Shown: piece after piece, positions 26,684 through 36,690 of the stretch
Numbering within the stretch: position 1 is the first letter of the stretch
Layout of the letters: every line of letters starts with the position of its first letter
Origin: a bacterium
GTDB taxonomy: Bacteria; Bacillota; Clostridia; Christensenellales; UBA3700
Direction of reading: 5' to 3'
Assembly (NCBI GenBank): GCA_963592135.1
Contig: CAVAVP010000015.1
Span: forward strand, 3,272-67,271
Length of the DNA: 64,000 bases
Translations under genes and position numbers: made by a program
The notes under the pieces: model-generated
Seen by the model: the letters and a program-made list of their open reading frames with translations, nothing else
Databases searched by the model: none
Told to the model about the DNA's origin: nothing

Positions 26684-28891
26684 ATGGTATCAAAAGAATT
26701 AATCAACAATTTATTAGAAAAATATAATATAGGTAAAAAACCATTCTCATTACTTTTAGGTTGGGGAGAAACAACAATTATTAGATATTTAGATGGAGAA
26801 TCAGAGCCGTCAAAGAAATATTTTAATATTTTAAATGAGTTACAAGATCCAGAGAAATATTTAAGTTTATTAAATACTAATAAAAACAATATATCAAAAG
26901 TGGCTTATATAAAGTCATTAAATGCTGTTAATACGCTTATTTTAGAAGAAAAAGGGAATAACCTTCCTATGCAAGGTTTTATAAGAGCAGCGGCTGAGAC
27001 TATAAAAGTTTCAGTTGCTGATGTTGATGAAAATAAAAAATCTATAATAAATTCAATAGATAAAGCTAATAAAAATGGTGTTGAACTTCTTGTTTTTAAT
27101 GAGTTAACTCTTACTGGTTATACTTGCCATGATATATTCTTACAATCTTTGCTTTTAGATAAAGTAGAAGAAGCTTTATTAGATATAGCAAAAGTAACAC
27201 GTAATTTAAATATGATTGTAGTTGTTGGAGCACCAATAAGATTTAAATCAAAATTATTTAATTGTGGTGTAGTTATCAATGATGGAAATATATTAGGTGT
27301 TGTTCCTAAGATAAATATTCCAAATTATAATGAGTTTTATGAAATAAGGCACTTTACTTCGGGTGAAGACATTGTAAATGAAACAATAGACATAAATGGA
27401 ATGAAAGTTCCGTTTGGAAAAGATTTATTATTTACATGCAAAAATAATAAAAACTTTGTTTTAGGAATAGAAATTTGTGAAGATTTGTGGGTTGCAATTC
27501 CGCCATCATCGCATTTAGCACAATGCGGTGTTACAGTAATTGCAAATTTATCTGCTTCAAACGAGGTTATCGGCAAGAGTGAATATAGGCGTGATTTAAT
27601 TTCAAATCAATCAGCACGTCTTGATTGCGCGTATATCTATGCTTCAGCAGGAGATGGAGAATCAACACAAGATTTAGTATTTTCAGGCCATAATCTAATT
27701 GCCGAAGAAGGAAGTATTTTAAAAGAATCTAAATTATTTGACAATGAAATGGTTATAGGGGATATCGACCTAGAAAAAATAGTTCATGAAAGACAAAGAA
27801 AAAATACAACAATTAGTACAATAAAAGGAAACCTTAGAAATATATATTTTGATGTTAAAACAAATAATTATATTGTAGATAGAAAATATGATAGATTCCC
27901 TTTTGTTCCAAATGATGATAAAAAACGTAATGAAAGATGTGACTTAATTTTAACAATGCAAGCTAATGGCCTAAAAAAGAGAGTAGAGCACATTAATTGT
28001 AAAAAAATAGTTGTAGGATTATCTGGTGGTTTGGATTCTGCGCTTGCAATACTTGTTGCGGTTAAAGCGATGGACCTTCTAAATAGATCAAGAAAGGATA
28101 TAATTGCTATAACTATGCCTTGTTTTGGAACAACAAAAAGAACTAAATCTAACGCTGAAATTTTGGCTGATGGACTAGGTACAGACTTTAAGGATATAAA
28201 TATATCTAATTCTGTTATAAGTCACTTTAAAGATATAGGACAATCTATGGATGATTTGTCTGTAACTTTTGAAAATGGTCAAGCAAGAGAAAGAACTCAA
28301 GTTTTAATGGATATAGCAAATAAAGAGGGCGGAATTGTTTTAGGTACTGGAGATTTATCTGAACTTGCTTTAGGGTGGGCTACATATAATGGAGATCATA
28401 TGTCAATGTATGCTGTTAATGCCTCAATTCCAAAAACATTAGTTAGATATATTGTTAAATATTATGCAGACACATGTAATAATACAAAAACTGCGCAAGC
28501 TTTATATGATATCTTAGCGACTCCTGTATCTCCAGAATTACTTCCTGCAAAGGATGGTGAAATATCTCAAAAGACAGAAGATTTAGTGGGACCATATGAA
28601 CTACATGACTTTTTCTTGTATTATATTTTACGTTTTGGTTATTCTCCAAAAAGAATATATGCAATGTCCATAAATACTTTTGACAAAATATATTCAAGAG
28701 AGATTATTTTAAAATGGTTAAGAAATTTTTACTGGAGATTTTTCTCTCAACAATTTAAGCGTTCATGTCTTCCAGATGGTCCAAAGGTGGGTTCTGTTAC
28801 ATTGTCCCCAAGGGGGGACTGGAGAATGCCATCTGATGCAACATCAAAACTTTGGGTAAAGGAAATTGAAGAAATAAAAAATAATATATAA
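26684..28891 (+). CDS. nadE: Glutamine-dependent NAD+ synthetase (nitrilase-like + synthetase domains) with an in-frame ~95-aa HTH-like N-terminal extension
   Basis: The canonical NadE N-terminus begins at M96 (MQGFIRAAAETIKVSVADV). CN-hydrolase block GIEICEDLW. PP-loop GLSGGLDS. The 95 upstream codons contain no stop and read like an XRE/MqsA-type HTH (FSLLLGWGETTIIRYLDGESEPSKKYFNILNELQDPEKYLSLL). Confidence 0.85.
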   Translation: MVSKELINNLLEKYNIGKKPFSLLLGWGETTIIRYLDGESEPSKKYFNILNELQDPEKYLSLLNTNKNNISKVAYIKSLNAVNTLILEEKGNNLPMQGFIRAAAETIKVSVADVDENKKSIINSIDKANKNGVELLVFNELTLTGYTCHDIFLQSLLLDKVEEALLDIAKVTRNLNMIVVVGAPIRFKSKLFNCGVVINDGNILGVVPKINIPNYNEFYEIRHFTSGEDIVNETIDINGMKVPFGKDLLFTCKNNKNFVLGIEICEDLWVAIPPSSHLAQCGVTVIANLSASNEVIGKSEYRRDLISNQSARLDCAYIYASAGDGESTQDLVFSGHNLIAEEGSILKESKLFDNEMVIGDIDLEKIVHERQRKNTTISTIKGNLRNIYFDVKTNNYIVDRKYDRFPFVPNDDKKRNERCDLILTMQANGLKKRVEHINCKKIVVGLSGGLDSALAILVAVKAMDLLNRSRKDIIAITMPCFGTTKRTKSNAEILADGLGTDFKDINISNSVISHFKDIGQSMDDLSVTFENGQARERTQVLMDIANKEGGIVLGTGDLSELALGWATYNGDHMSMYAVNASIPKTLVRYIVKYYADTCNNTKTAQALYDILATPVSPELLPAKDGEISQKTEDLVGPYELHDFFLYYILRFGYSPKRIYAMSINTFDKIYSREIILKWLRNFYWRFFSQQFKRSCLPDGPKVGSVTLSPRGDWRMPSDATSKLWVKEIEEIKNNI

Positions 28892-28913
28892 AAAAGAAGG
28901 ATAGTAATAAACC

Positions 28914-29237
28914 ATGGAAAGATTAGAAAAACTTTGTGAAAGAATAGATAAATTTAATAAAGACAGGGAATGGGATCAATTTCATACACCAGAAAATTTA
29001 GCAAAATCAATCTCTATTGAAGCTAATGAGCTTTTAGAGTGTTATCAATGGAATGATAACGCTCAATTAGAGGATGTAAAAGAAGAGCTTGCTGATGTTA
29101 TGAATTATTGTTTGCAACTATCTATGGTATTAAAGTTGGATGCTATTGAAATAATGAACAAGAAAATGGATAAGACAGAGAAAAAATATCCTGTTGAAAA
29201 ATCAAAAGGTGTTTCTACAAAGTACGATAAACTTTAA
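28914..29237 (+). CDS. MazG-like nucleotide pyrophosphohydrolase (YpjD/DCTPP1-like)
   Basis: REWDQFHTPENLAKSISIEANELLE and EELADVMNYCLQLS match the EExxE/D metal-binding helices; KYP tail. Confidence 0.8.
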   Translation: MERLEKLCERIDKFNKDREWDQFHTPENLAKSISIEANELLECYQWNDNAQLEDVKEELADVMNYCLQLSMVLKLDAIEIMNKKMDKTEKKYPVEKSKGVSTKYDKL

Positions 29238-29239
29238 AA

Positions 29240-29848
29240 TTATTTTTTGTTTTCAAACTTTTCTTTTAGGTGTTTTAAATCAAGACAATAATCTATTATG
29301 TCTATTACATATTCGTTTGAAATTAAGCAATCGTCCTTAAGCCATTGCTTAACAATTGACATAATGCTTTCAATATAAAATTTTATAAGATATGGCTGAA
29401 TGGTTTTATCTATCTTGTAATAATCCATGATAGGCTTAAAATAAGATTCATTTAAACTGTTAAAAATGTCATGCCCATTTAAAAGTTGCGGTTTTTTTAT
29501 TGAAATAGAGAATAATTTTTTATTATTTCTTATAAAATCTAAATAAATATTAAGATATTTAGGTGTTAATAAGAAAAAGCTTTGTGTTTGGTTTGTTTTT
29601 ATAATTTCATCGATATCTATTTTTACATTAAAGCTGTCATAAAATTTTTGCGTAAAACTTTCGATGGTTTCTTGAAGTAAATCATCAAGTGTTTCATAAT
29701 GCAAATAAAAGGTTGATCTATTAACGCCTGCTTTAGTGCAAATTTCTTTTATTGAAATAAACTCATATTCTTTCTTGTCTAAAAGAGATATAAGTGCCTC
29801 TTGCATTAAAGAGGCGGTATTATAATATTTAGATTCGTGCTTATTCAT
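29240..29848 (-). CDS. TetR/AcrR-family transcriptional regulator
   Basis: N-terminal HTH ISIKEICTKAGVNRSTFYLHY. Length 202 aa. Confidence 0.85.
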   Translation of the reverse strand: MNKHESKYYNTASLMQEALISLLDKKEYEFISIKEICTKAGVNRSTFYLHYETLDDLLQETIESFTQKFYDSFNVKIDIDEIIKTNQTQSFFLLTPKYLNIYLDFIRNNKKLFSISIKKPQLLNGHDIFNSLNESYFKPIMDYYKIDKTIQPYLIKFYIESIMSIVKQWLKDDCLISNEYVIDIIDYCLDLKHLKEKFENKK

Positions 29849-29869
29849 ATATAATACCGCTCCTTTTAA

Positions 29870-30229
29870 TTATTCTTCGTTTGCAATTTCTTTAGCTAAA
29901 GTTGTTATTTCAAAAGCAAACTTTTCTTTTCTCTTATTTAAGATTATAGAATAAATCTTATAATTAATTCCACACATAATTATTCCAATTACTCCTATAA
30001 CTATTCCAAAGATTGTGCCTATAGTGCCACTTGGCCCAAATGTAGTCATTAAAAAACTCATTCCCAATCCTAAAACTAGGGCTCCAATTATTCCAAATGT
30101 GTAAGCGAATATTTTTGCTGGTTTTTTTACTTGTTCATCTAATTTTTTTAGTTGAACTACTTTTCTTTCTGTTTTTGGAGCATATTGCTCTGCGATTTTG
30201 TTTGCATATACTTTATCTAGGTTTTCCAT
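29870..30229 (-). CDS. Small membrane protein (2 TM), co-transcribed with the TetR regulator
   Basis: AAAGGAGGA RBS upstream of the ATG at 30229; the track start at 30298 has none. Two Gly-rich TM helices (IFAYTFGIIGALVLGLGMSFLM, IGTIFGIVIGVIGIIMCGI). Confidence 0.6.
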   Translation of the reverse strand: MENLDKVYANKIAEQYAPKTERKVVQLKKLDEQVKKPAKIFAYTFGIIGALVLGLGMSFLMTTFGPSGTIGTIFGIVIGVIGIIMCGINYKIYSIILNKRKEKFAFEITTLAKEIANEE

Positions 30230-30321
30230 TGTTGTGTCCTCCTTTAACCTATTTACACCTATATTGTATTTTTTTTGAAGAAAAAGATTGAACAACACGA
30301 AAATTGAAAAATGTTGATTTT

Positions 30322-30362
30322 TGCAAAAACAAAAAAGCTGATAAAAAAGTTTACCAGCTTTT
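30322..30362 (-). terminator. Rho-independent terminator after the 416-aa membrane protein gene
   Basis: Minus strand: AAGCTG ... CAGCTT stem with a 14-nt loop, followed by TTTTGTTTTT. Confidence 0.6.
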
Positions 30363-30387
30363 ATTCAATCAATTTTGTTTATTTATA

Positions 30388-31638
30388 TTATGCGCATTTA
30401 TTGCAAAGTGAACTTCTTATTTCTTTTGCATAAGTGCAATCAGAATCTTTTATATCATAACCATATTTAATCATGGTTGTAGAATTAGCTTTGCCGGTAT
30501 AGTAAATTATGGCAGCACCTACTTTTCCGCTCCATGATTCATCAATGTAGAAAGATTTAGCAAGGCCACACTCCCAAACCTGTAAAGTAACCTTTAGAGA
30601 TTCATACTTTATGCCTTTACCAGAGTTGTCTTTATCAAGAGTATTGCACGTATGAGTATCATTTGCGGCTTTTTCAATATCTGCTTCAAAGTATATTTCA
30701 TAGTATTCATCTTCCTTTTCGATTCTAACAGTAGATGCGTCAATTAAATCGGCATATACGGTAGAAGTAGCTAATGTGTCTTTTAATTCACCTACATATA
30801 ATTGAATCTTTCTTACGTCAGAGTAGGAGTCATCATCATTATCTTCTGTTAAATATTTTGTATAGTCACTGCTTTTATGCCATTTATCTCCTTTCTTCCA
30901 ATTAGATTTATCTACTTCAAGCATTCCAGTTGTCGCGTTATATTGAATATTTTCAGAATTTACAGTGATTTTATGGTATAACCCACCTTCTTCAAATCGT
31001 ATTGTAGCATCAGTAACAAAACTGGCAGCAGTTGAGTCAAAGTTATGATTTATTGGAAGTTTTATGGTTGTATCATATTTCATATGATTGGCCTCTCTTC
31101 TAATTCTTTGGTAAATCATTGTTCCTGAATTTTCACCTAAATTAGTAGTTCCAACTTGGTATTTAAAGTAAGCAGAGTTTGAAACAAAGACTTCATTTCC
31201 AGTTGAGAATAAAACTGCAGCAGCTGCTTTATATTGGTCAGATAAAGATGTATCATCAAGTATGCTTTGTAAATCATATCTACATGATTCAGCAACCGAT
31301 GTAGATGGTGCTTTATCTACGCTAGCAATTTCAGCAGAAAAGTCGATGTTTCTTGGATCTAATATATCTCCAGTTACGTTAGAAGCCTTTTTTAATATAC
31401 CTAAAAATCCTAAAGTGAATTCTTCAACGACAAATACAATTATAAGAACTGCAACTATACTTGCCGTAATAATCCCGGCTTTAGCACCTTTATTTAATTT
31501 TTTCTTAGAGCTTTTCTTAGTTGGCTTTTTGTATTCAATATCATCATCCATTTCAGTATCATCAAAATCTGAAAAATCAAGGGATTCATCATCTATAGCC
31601 TCTATGTCTTTAATTTCTTCGTTCTTCTTATTTTTCAT
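30388..31638 (-). CDS. Type II membrane protein: acidic N-terminal tail, one TM, ~330-aa extracytoplasmic domain of unknown function
   Basis: D/E-rich N-terminus (DDESLDFSDFDDTEMDDD), a K-rich stretch, then TM GIITASIVAVLIIVFVV. I recognise no motif in the ectodomain. C-terminus ends CNKCA. Confidence 0.6.
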   Translation of the reverse strand: MKNKKNEEIKDIEAIDDESLDFSDFDDTEMDDDIEYKKPTKKSSKKKLNKGAKAGIITASIVAVLIIVFVVEEFTLGFLGILKKASNVTGDILDPRNIDFSAEIASVDKAPSTSVAESCRYDLQSILDDTSLSDQYKAAAAVLFSTGNEVFVSNSAYFKYQVGTTNLGENSGTMIYQRIRREANHMKYDTTIKLPINHNFDSTAASFVTDATIRFEEGGLYHKITVNSENIQYNATTGMLEVDKSNWKKGDKWHKSSDYTKYLTEDNDDDSYSDVRKIQLYVGELKDTLATSTVYADLIDASTVRIEKEDEYYEIYFEADIEKAANDTHTCNTLDKDNSGKGIKYESLKVTLQVWECGLAKSFYIDESWSGKVGAAIIYYTGKANSTTMIKYGYDIKDSDCTYAKEIRSSLCNKCA

Positions 31639-31746
31639 AGTTCACCCATATATTTTATTTATATTAAAAGTATAAATGTTATAAACCTAATTAGTCAATA
31701 TTGACTTTAAGTCCTATTTTTTTATATTATTTTCATTGAGGTAATT

Positions 31747-34692
31747 ATGGTAGAAAGAACAGCACTATATCCACAGCATGTGGTACATCTATTAAATATA
31801 AGATCAAAGATTTATAAAAAAGTAGCAACGCTTTCTTGCGAAGCAGCATTATCTAAAGAACCAATAAAAAAAGAAAATTTAGAAAAGGCTGAGTTTTTAC
31901 GTATAGAAACAGGAACAACATGGGCATCGGACTTTGATTGTGCCTGGTTTAAATTCACTGGCAATGTGCCAATGGAATGTAAAGATAAGCATATTGTAGC
32001 GCTTTTAAATATTGAAGGAGAGGGCGTTGTGTATAATGACGACAAGATACTTCAGGGGATAACACAAGTTTTATCCCCTATAGATATGGTTCAGTCAAGA
32101 AAAGGAAAGCAAGTTGTTGAATTATTTGATAAGGCAGAAGGCGGAGAGCAAGTTAATCTTCTTGTTGATGCTGGATTTAACGGCAAGAGAAATAAACCTA
32201 ATACTTTTGTTAAATTGGTTAAAAAAGATTTAGCAATATGCAACGATGAAGTTCTTACTTATTATTATGATTATCTTCAATTATTTATGACGCTTTTAAC
32301 CTCAAAAGAAAATAAAAATTTAAAAATTGAGCGTAAAAAAGAAATAGAAAAAGCACTTTCATTAAGTTATAAATCTTTTTCTAAAAATGATTGCAAAAAA
32401 GCTCATGAAATTTTAAAAGAAATAATCACAAAACCTATAGATTATGAAACAACAGAATATACAGCAATTGGCCATGCTCATATTGACCTTGCGTGGCTTT
32501 GGCCAATAAGAGAGACAAAAAGAAAAGGTGTTAGAACATTTGCTACCGCCATTCATAACATTGAAAAATATCCTGAGTATGTATTTGGGGCATCGCAAGC
32601 GCAACTTTTTGAATGGGTAAAGCAGGAGGAACCAACACTTTTTGAAAAGGTAAAAGAAAAGGTGAATGAAGGAAAAATAGAGATTCAAGGTGGTATGTGG
32701 ACAGAGAATGATTGTAACATACCATGTGGTGAATCTATTATTAGACAATTTGTTTATGGTGAGAAATTCTTTTTAGATGAGTTTGGCAAGACATCAAAGA
32801 TGGTATGGCTTCCTGATGTGTTTGGATATCCAGCCTCACTTCCACAAATATTTAAAAAATGTGGTAAAGATTATTTTATGACAATAAAACTTACATGGAA
32901 TACTCATAATAAGTTTCCGTATAAGACATTTATTTGGAAGGGAATTGATGGAACAGAGATGTTATCTCATATGGCTCCACAAGGTACATATAACTCAACA
33001 GCAACGCCTATGGCTTTAGTTAAGTCAGATTTAGGAAATCCTCAAAAAGACAACATAGGAAAAGCATTGCTGATATACGGTGTAGGCGATGGTGGTGGAG
33101 GTCCAGGTGAGGCTCAAATAGAATTTTTAGAGAGAGAAAAGAACAATAACGGATTATCTAAAGTTGTAAGAAGAAGTGCTCAAAATTTCTTTGAAGACTT
33201 GGATAAGGAATATATTGAGGTAATTCCAAAATATGAAGGTGAGTTATATCTTGAAAAACATCAAGGAACTTATACATCTCAAGCTAGAAATAAATATCAT
33301 AATAGAAAAATAGAGAACGATTTACATACTCTTGAGTGGCTAACAAGTATTGCGGATATAAATAGAGTAGAATATAACAAAGAAAAAATAGAAGCTATTT
33401 GGAAAGAAGTTTTACTTTATCAATTCCACGACATAATTCCAGGATCATCAATAAAGAGAGTTTACGATGAATCTATTGCAAGATATAAAGAAATGGAAAA
33501 AGAAATAGAGCAAATTCAAAATTATATCTTAGCAAAGATAGCAACAAAGCAAACTCTTGCTGTTATTAATCCAATAAGTTTTGATAGAACAGAATATGTA
33601 AAGGTAGAGGATGCTTGGTATTTAGCTGAGGTTGGGAAATATTCTTCAGCGTCTTTGCTGCCAATTCAAAAAGAGTTTAATTTAAAATATGGTGATGATT
33701 TTATATCTAATGAAAAGATAAAAGTCACTTTCGATTTTGATGGAACAATAACATCTATTTTAGATAAAGAATTTAATAAGGAACTTTGTAGTGAATATAT
33801 GAACAAGTTTGTTGTATTTACGGATCCTGTTTTGTATTACAATGCATGGGATATAAAAGATAACTATAGAAAACTAAAGACATATTCACTTAAACTAGTA
33901 AATTCAAATACATACGTAGATGGACCTGAGGTTATAAGAGAAAATCACTTTGTATTTAACAATTCAAGTTTAGTTCAACATATAAAACTTAATAGTTTAA
34001 ACAAAATGATAACTTTTGAAACAATAGTTGATTGGGAAGAAACTAATAAAATGTTAAGATGTGAGTTTAAACCTACTGTATTTTCAGATAAGGTTAATTG
34101 TGATATTCAATTTGGCAATGTAGATAGGTCAACAAAAGATGAAACGCCTATTGAAAAGGCTCAATTTGAAATTTGTGCTCATAAGTTTGTAAATGTAGAT
34201 AAGGAGAATTATGGCTTAGCTTTAATTAATGATTGTAAGTATGGTCATAGAGTCAAAGATGGTTTAATTTCATTAAATTTATTAAGATCTCCAATTTTTC
34301 CGGATCCTACTTGCGATAGAGGTAAACATTACTTTAATTATGCCTTATATCCACATGAAGGAACATGGAGTGAGAGTGATGTGGTTAAGCAAGCATATTG
34401 CTTTAACTACCCACTTTTAGTTAGTGATTACATGGTAGATATAAAGGACATTGTAGATATAGATAATGATGATGTAATTGTAGAGACAATTAAACCAAGT
34501 GAAGATGGAAAGGGTATTACATTAAGATTATATGAAAGATATGGAAGTTCATGTTCAGTAAAATTAAGAATAGGTGTTAAAGCAAAAGAAGTATTACTTA
34601 CAAATATGCTTGAAAAAGAACCTGTAAAACTAATTACTTCAAATTTGGACTTTGCTCCATATGAAATAAAGACAATTGTAATTAAGTATTAA
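31747..34692 (+). CDS. GH38 alpha-mannosidase
   Basis: HAHIDLAWLWPIRETKRK and GGMWTENDCN blocks; VWLPDVFGY. Length 981 aa. GAGGT RBS. Confidence 0.9.
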   Translation: MVERTALYPQHVVHLLNIRSKIYKKVATLSCEAALSKEPIKKENLEKAEFLRIETGTTWASDFDCAWFKFTGNVPMECKDKHIVALLNIEGEGVVYNDDKILQGITQVLSPIDMVQSRKGKQVVELFDKAEGGEQVNLLVDAGFNGKRNKPNTFVKLVKKDLAICNDEVLTYYYDYLQLFMTLLTSKENKNLKIERKKEIEKALSLSYKSFSKNDCKKAHEILKEIITKPIDYETTEYTAIGHAHIDLAWLWPIRETKRKGVRTFATAIHNIEKYPEYVFGASQAQLFEWVKQEEPTLFEKVKEKVNEGKIEIQGGMWTENDCNIPCGESIIRQFVYGEKFFLDEFGKTSKMVWLPDVFGYPASLPQIFKKCGKDYFMTIKLTWNTHNKFPYKTFIWKGIDGTEMLSHMAPQGTYNSTATPMALVKSDLGNPQKDNIGKALLIYGVGDGGGGPGEAQIEFLEREKNNNGLSKVVRRSAQNFFEDLDKEYIEVIPKYEGELYLEKHQGTYTSQARNKYHNRKIENDLHTLEWLTSIADINRVEYNKEKIEAIWKEVLLYQFHDIIPGSSIKRVYDESIARYKEMEKEIEQIQNYILAKIATKQTLAVINPISFDRTEYVKVEDAWYLAEVGKYSSASLLPIQKEFNLKYGDDFISNEKIKVTFDFDGTITSILDKEFNKELCSEYMNKFVVFTDPVLYYNAWDIKDNYRKLKTYSLKLVNSNTYVDGPEVIRENHFVFNNSSLVQHIKLNSLNKMITFETIVDWEETNKMLRCEFKPTVFSDKVNCDIQFGNVDRSTKDETPIEKAQFEICAHKFVNVDKENYGLALINDCKYGHRVKDGLISLNLLRSPIFPDPTCDRGKHYFNYALYPHEGTWSESDVVKQAYCFNYPLLVSDYMVDIKDIVDIDNDDVIVETIKPSEDGKGITLRLYERYGSSCSVKLRIGVKAKEVLLTNMLEKEPVKLITSNLDFAPYEIKTIVIKY

Positions 34693-34730
34693 ATTATAAA
34701 ATAATCACCAAAAAAAATTGTTTAATATTA

Positions 34731-34753
34731 CCATAATTATAGCATAATTATGG
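34731..34753. promoter_or_regulatory. Perfect 10-bp-arm palindrome upstream of the decayed TA pair (likely autoregulatory operator)
   Basis: CCATAATTAT-AGC-ATAATTATGG, 24 nt upstream of the antitoxin ATG at 34777. Confidence 0.4.
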
Positions 34754-34776
34754 CATAACAAAAAAAGAGGTGAATT

Positions 34777-35098
34777 ATGCAAAAAATTATTCTAATAAAG
34801 GAGCTTAAAAATACTGAGAAATATCTAATCTTTGTGAAGAAAACAAAGAGCTCGTATTTGTTACGAAAATGGGTATAATAGTTTAGTTGTAATGAGCCAA
34901 GAATGTTTTGACGAAAAATATGGAGACGATTTTTTGTCGTTAATTAAACGTTTATGCGAAAAGAGATACGATTATTTAGATATAGAACTTTTTGAAAAAT
35001 TAATCGAAAATGTAAGTAGTGATGATGAAAAAGAATTTTATACTGGCGTTTTTAACACTGTGCTTAAGATAAGACAAAAAAGAGGTTCTTCAAAATGA
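34777..35098 (+). pseudogene. Phd/YefM-like antitoxin, disrupted by two single-base frameshifts in A-runs
   Basis: Splicing three frames gives MQKIILIKELKNTEK/ISNLCEENKELVFVTK/NGYNSLVVMSQECFDEKYG... The shifts fall at A-runs 34819-34821 and 34866-34869. Confidence 0.7.
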
Positions 35099-35711
35099 AA
35101 AATACTAAACTTGTTATCTTTGCAGGCGTAAATGGCGCAGGCAAAAGTACGTTATATAAAATGCTAAATAAAAAATTTTGAATAAGGTTAAATAGTGACG
35201 AAATAGTTCAGAATAATAATTGGGACAGGAAAGATGATTCATGCCAAATTGAGGCTTCTAAAGAATTATTAAGTTTGCAAAAAAAATATTAAATGAAAAT
35301 AGATCTTTTAATAGAGAAACAATACTATGTGGTAATTCAATTTTAAATTTATTAAAAGAAGCAAAAACTAAAGGATACTTTATAGAATTATTTTATGTAG
35401 GTGTTGCATCTTCGGATATTGCAATTAAAAGAGTGCAACAAAGAGAAAAAAGTGGGCATGGAATAAGTGTAGACCTAATTGAAAAACGTTATGAAAACTC
35501 TCAAGAAAATTTAAAGTTAATATTTGGTTTATGTGATATTGTTCAGTTTTATGACAATACAATTGCTATGAAGGAAGTATGTTTCTTTAAAGATAACGAA
35601 TTTACTTGTAATTTTAATGAAATAGATTGGAATAATGATTTTACGTTAAGTTGGGTAAAAATTCTTATACAAAGTATTTATGAAAATAAGAGCATAAACT
35701 TTAAAAAATAA
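35095..35711 (+). pseudogene. Zeta-toxin-like P-loop kinase (COG4185-type), disrupted by an in-frame TGA and a frameshift
   Basis: ATGA overlap with the antitoxin. Walker A FAGVNGAGKST. TGA at 35179-35181. Frameshift in the A8 run 35279-35286. The C-terminal fragment (RVQQREKSGHGISVDLIEKRY) is track ORF 35433-35711. Confidence 0.7.
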
Positions 35712-35745
35712 AGTGACAAATTTGTTTAAAAATGTCACTTTAAAA
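35700..35745 (-). terminator. Hairpin terminator after the AraC gene (possibly bidirectional)
   Basis: AAAGTGACA (35710-35718) pairs with TGTCACTTT (35733-35741). A U-run follows on the minus strand. Confidence 0.5.
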
Positions 35746-35763
35746 ATTAAAATTTCTATTTTT

Positions 35764-36525
35764 TTATTCTGCGTTGTAGTGGTCAAGTCTTGGGCTTTCA
35801 GTAAACTCTTTTGGAGAAACCCCAGTTATTTGTCTAAATACTCTTGAAAAATATAATTGATCTGTAAAGCCGCACATTTCGGCAATTTCAAATATTTTAT
35901 AGTTATTAATGTTTTTAGAAAGTAGAAGTTTTTGTGCAAAGTTTATTCTTGTATTTTTTAAGAATTGTAAAGGTGAAATTCCTTTTTCTTTAATAAATTG
36001 TCTTCTTAAATAATCTTTAGTTAAATCAAATTTGCTGTATACATCTTCAAGTTCAAATTCAGGGTCAGAGAAATTTTCTATGATAGCACTAGCTATTGCT
36101 TCAACTTGCTGAGATGCATGATTAGCACCGCCAAAATTGTTTAACATAGATAAAACAAGTTCGGAAAACGAAATGATTATATCAGACTGTTCGGATGTGT
36201 TTGCATTAAAATATCTAAAACACATATTTAAAATAGTAAGAAGGTCATTATTGCTGTTATCATCAACTAAAACTACATTTTTAAATGTTGGAGTCCAGTT
36301 AGCAACCGTTAAATGGATATTTCTAAAGCCATTTTGTGAATAGTTTGAGTGGATGGTATTTGGTGGAATTACAACAACTTGATTTTTGCTATATTCTACT
36401 TTTTGACTATCTGTTTCAATAATTCCATTACCATTTGTGCAATAAATGATTTCCCAATAGTTGTGTTGATGAGCTGAAACATTGAATGTTTTCATGTTTT
36501 TTCCGATATAGTTAATAACTGGCAT
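35764..36525 (-). CDS. AraC-family transcriptional regulator (cupin sensor + HTH), divergent from the sugar-acid locus
   Basis: C-terminal AraC HTH FEIAEMCGFTDQLYFSRVFRQITGVSPKEF. N-terminal cupin-like HQHNYWEIIYC. Confidence 0.85.
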   Translation of the reverse strand: MPVINYIGKNMKTFNVSAHQHNYWEIIYCTNGNGIIETDSQKVEYSKNQVVVIPPNTIHSNYSQNGFRNIHLTVANWTPTFKNVVLVDDNSNNDLLTILNMCFRYFNANTSEQSDIIISFSELVLSMLNNFGGANHASQQVEAIASAIIENFSDPEFELEDVYSKFDLTKDYLRRQFIKEKGISPLQFLKNTRINFAQKLLLSKNINNYKIFEIAEMCGFTDQLYFSRVFRQITGVSPKEFTESPRLDHYNAE

Positions 36526-36690
36526 AATTGAATATCCTCTTAAGTTTTGTAAAATAATTATTACACGAAAAGACTATTTTGTCCATAAATTAATCTAATT
36601 AATGTTTTAAAATTTTCTCTATAATAATTATAATAAGTATAAAGAGCAAAAAACTCTTTGAGATTTTGCGTTAAAAATGAGGTGTTTGTC

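Noticed and set aside
31262-31675. 137-aa plus-strand ORF
   Set aside because: It is antisense to the 5' part of the 416-aa membrane protein gene. It is low-complexity and Ser-rich with no RBS, and the minus-strand gene has a coherent architecture.
31812-32748. Three minus-strand ORFs (77, 111 and 60 aa) inside the GH38 gene
   Set aside because: They are shadow frames antisense to a gene with diagnostic GH38 motifs.
35179-35181. In-frame TGA in the zeta-like gene as evidence for an alternative genetic code (TGA = Trp/Gly)
   Set aside because: TGA functions as a genuine stop elsewhere (for example the maf end at 17214-17216, in the ATGA overlap). Trp is encoded by TGG throughout. The same gene also carries a frameshift, so pseudogenisation is the simpler explanation.
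35433-35711. 92-aa ORF as an independent gene
   Set aside because: It is the C-terminal fragment of the frameshifted zeta-like toxin; its sequence continues from the upstream frame.
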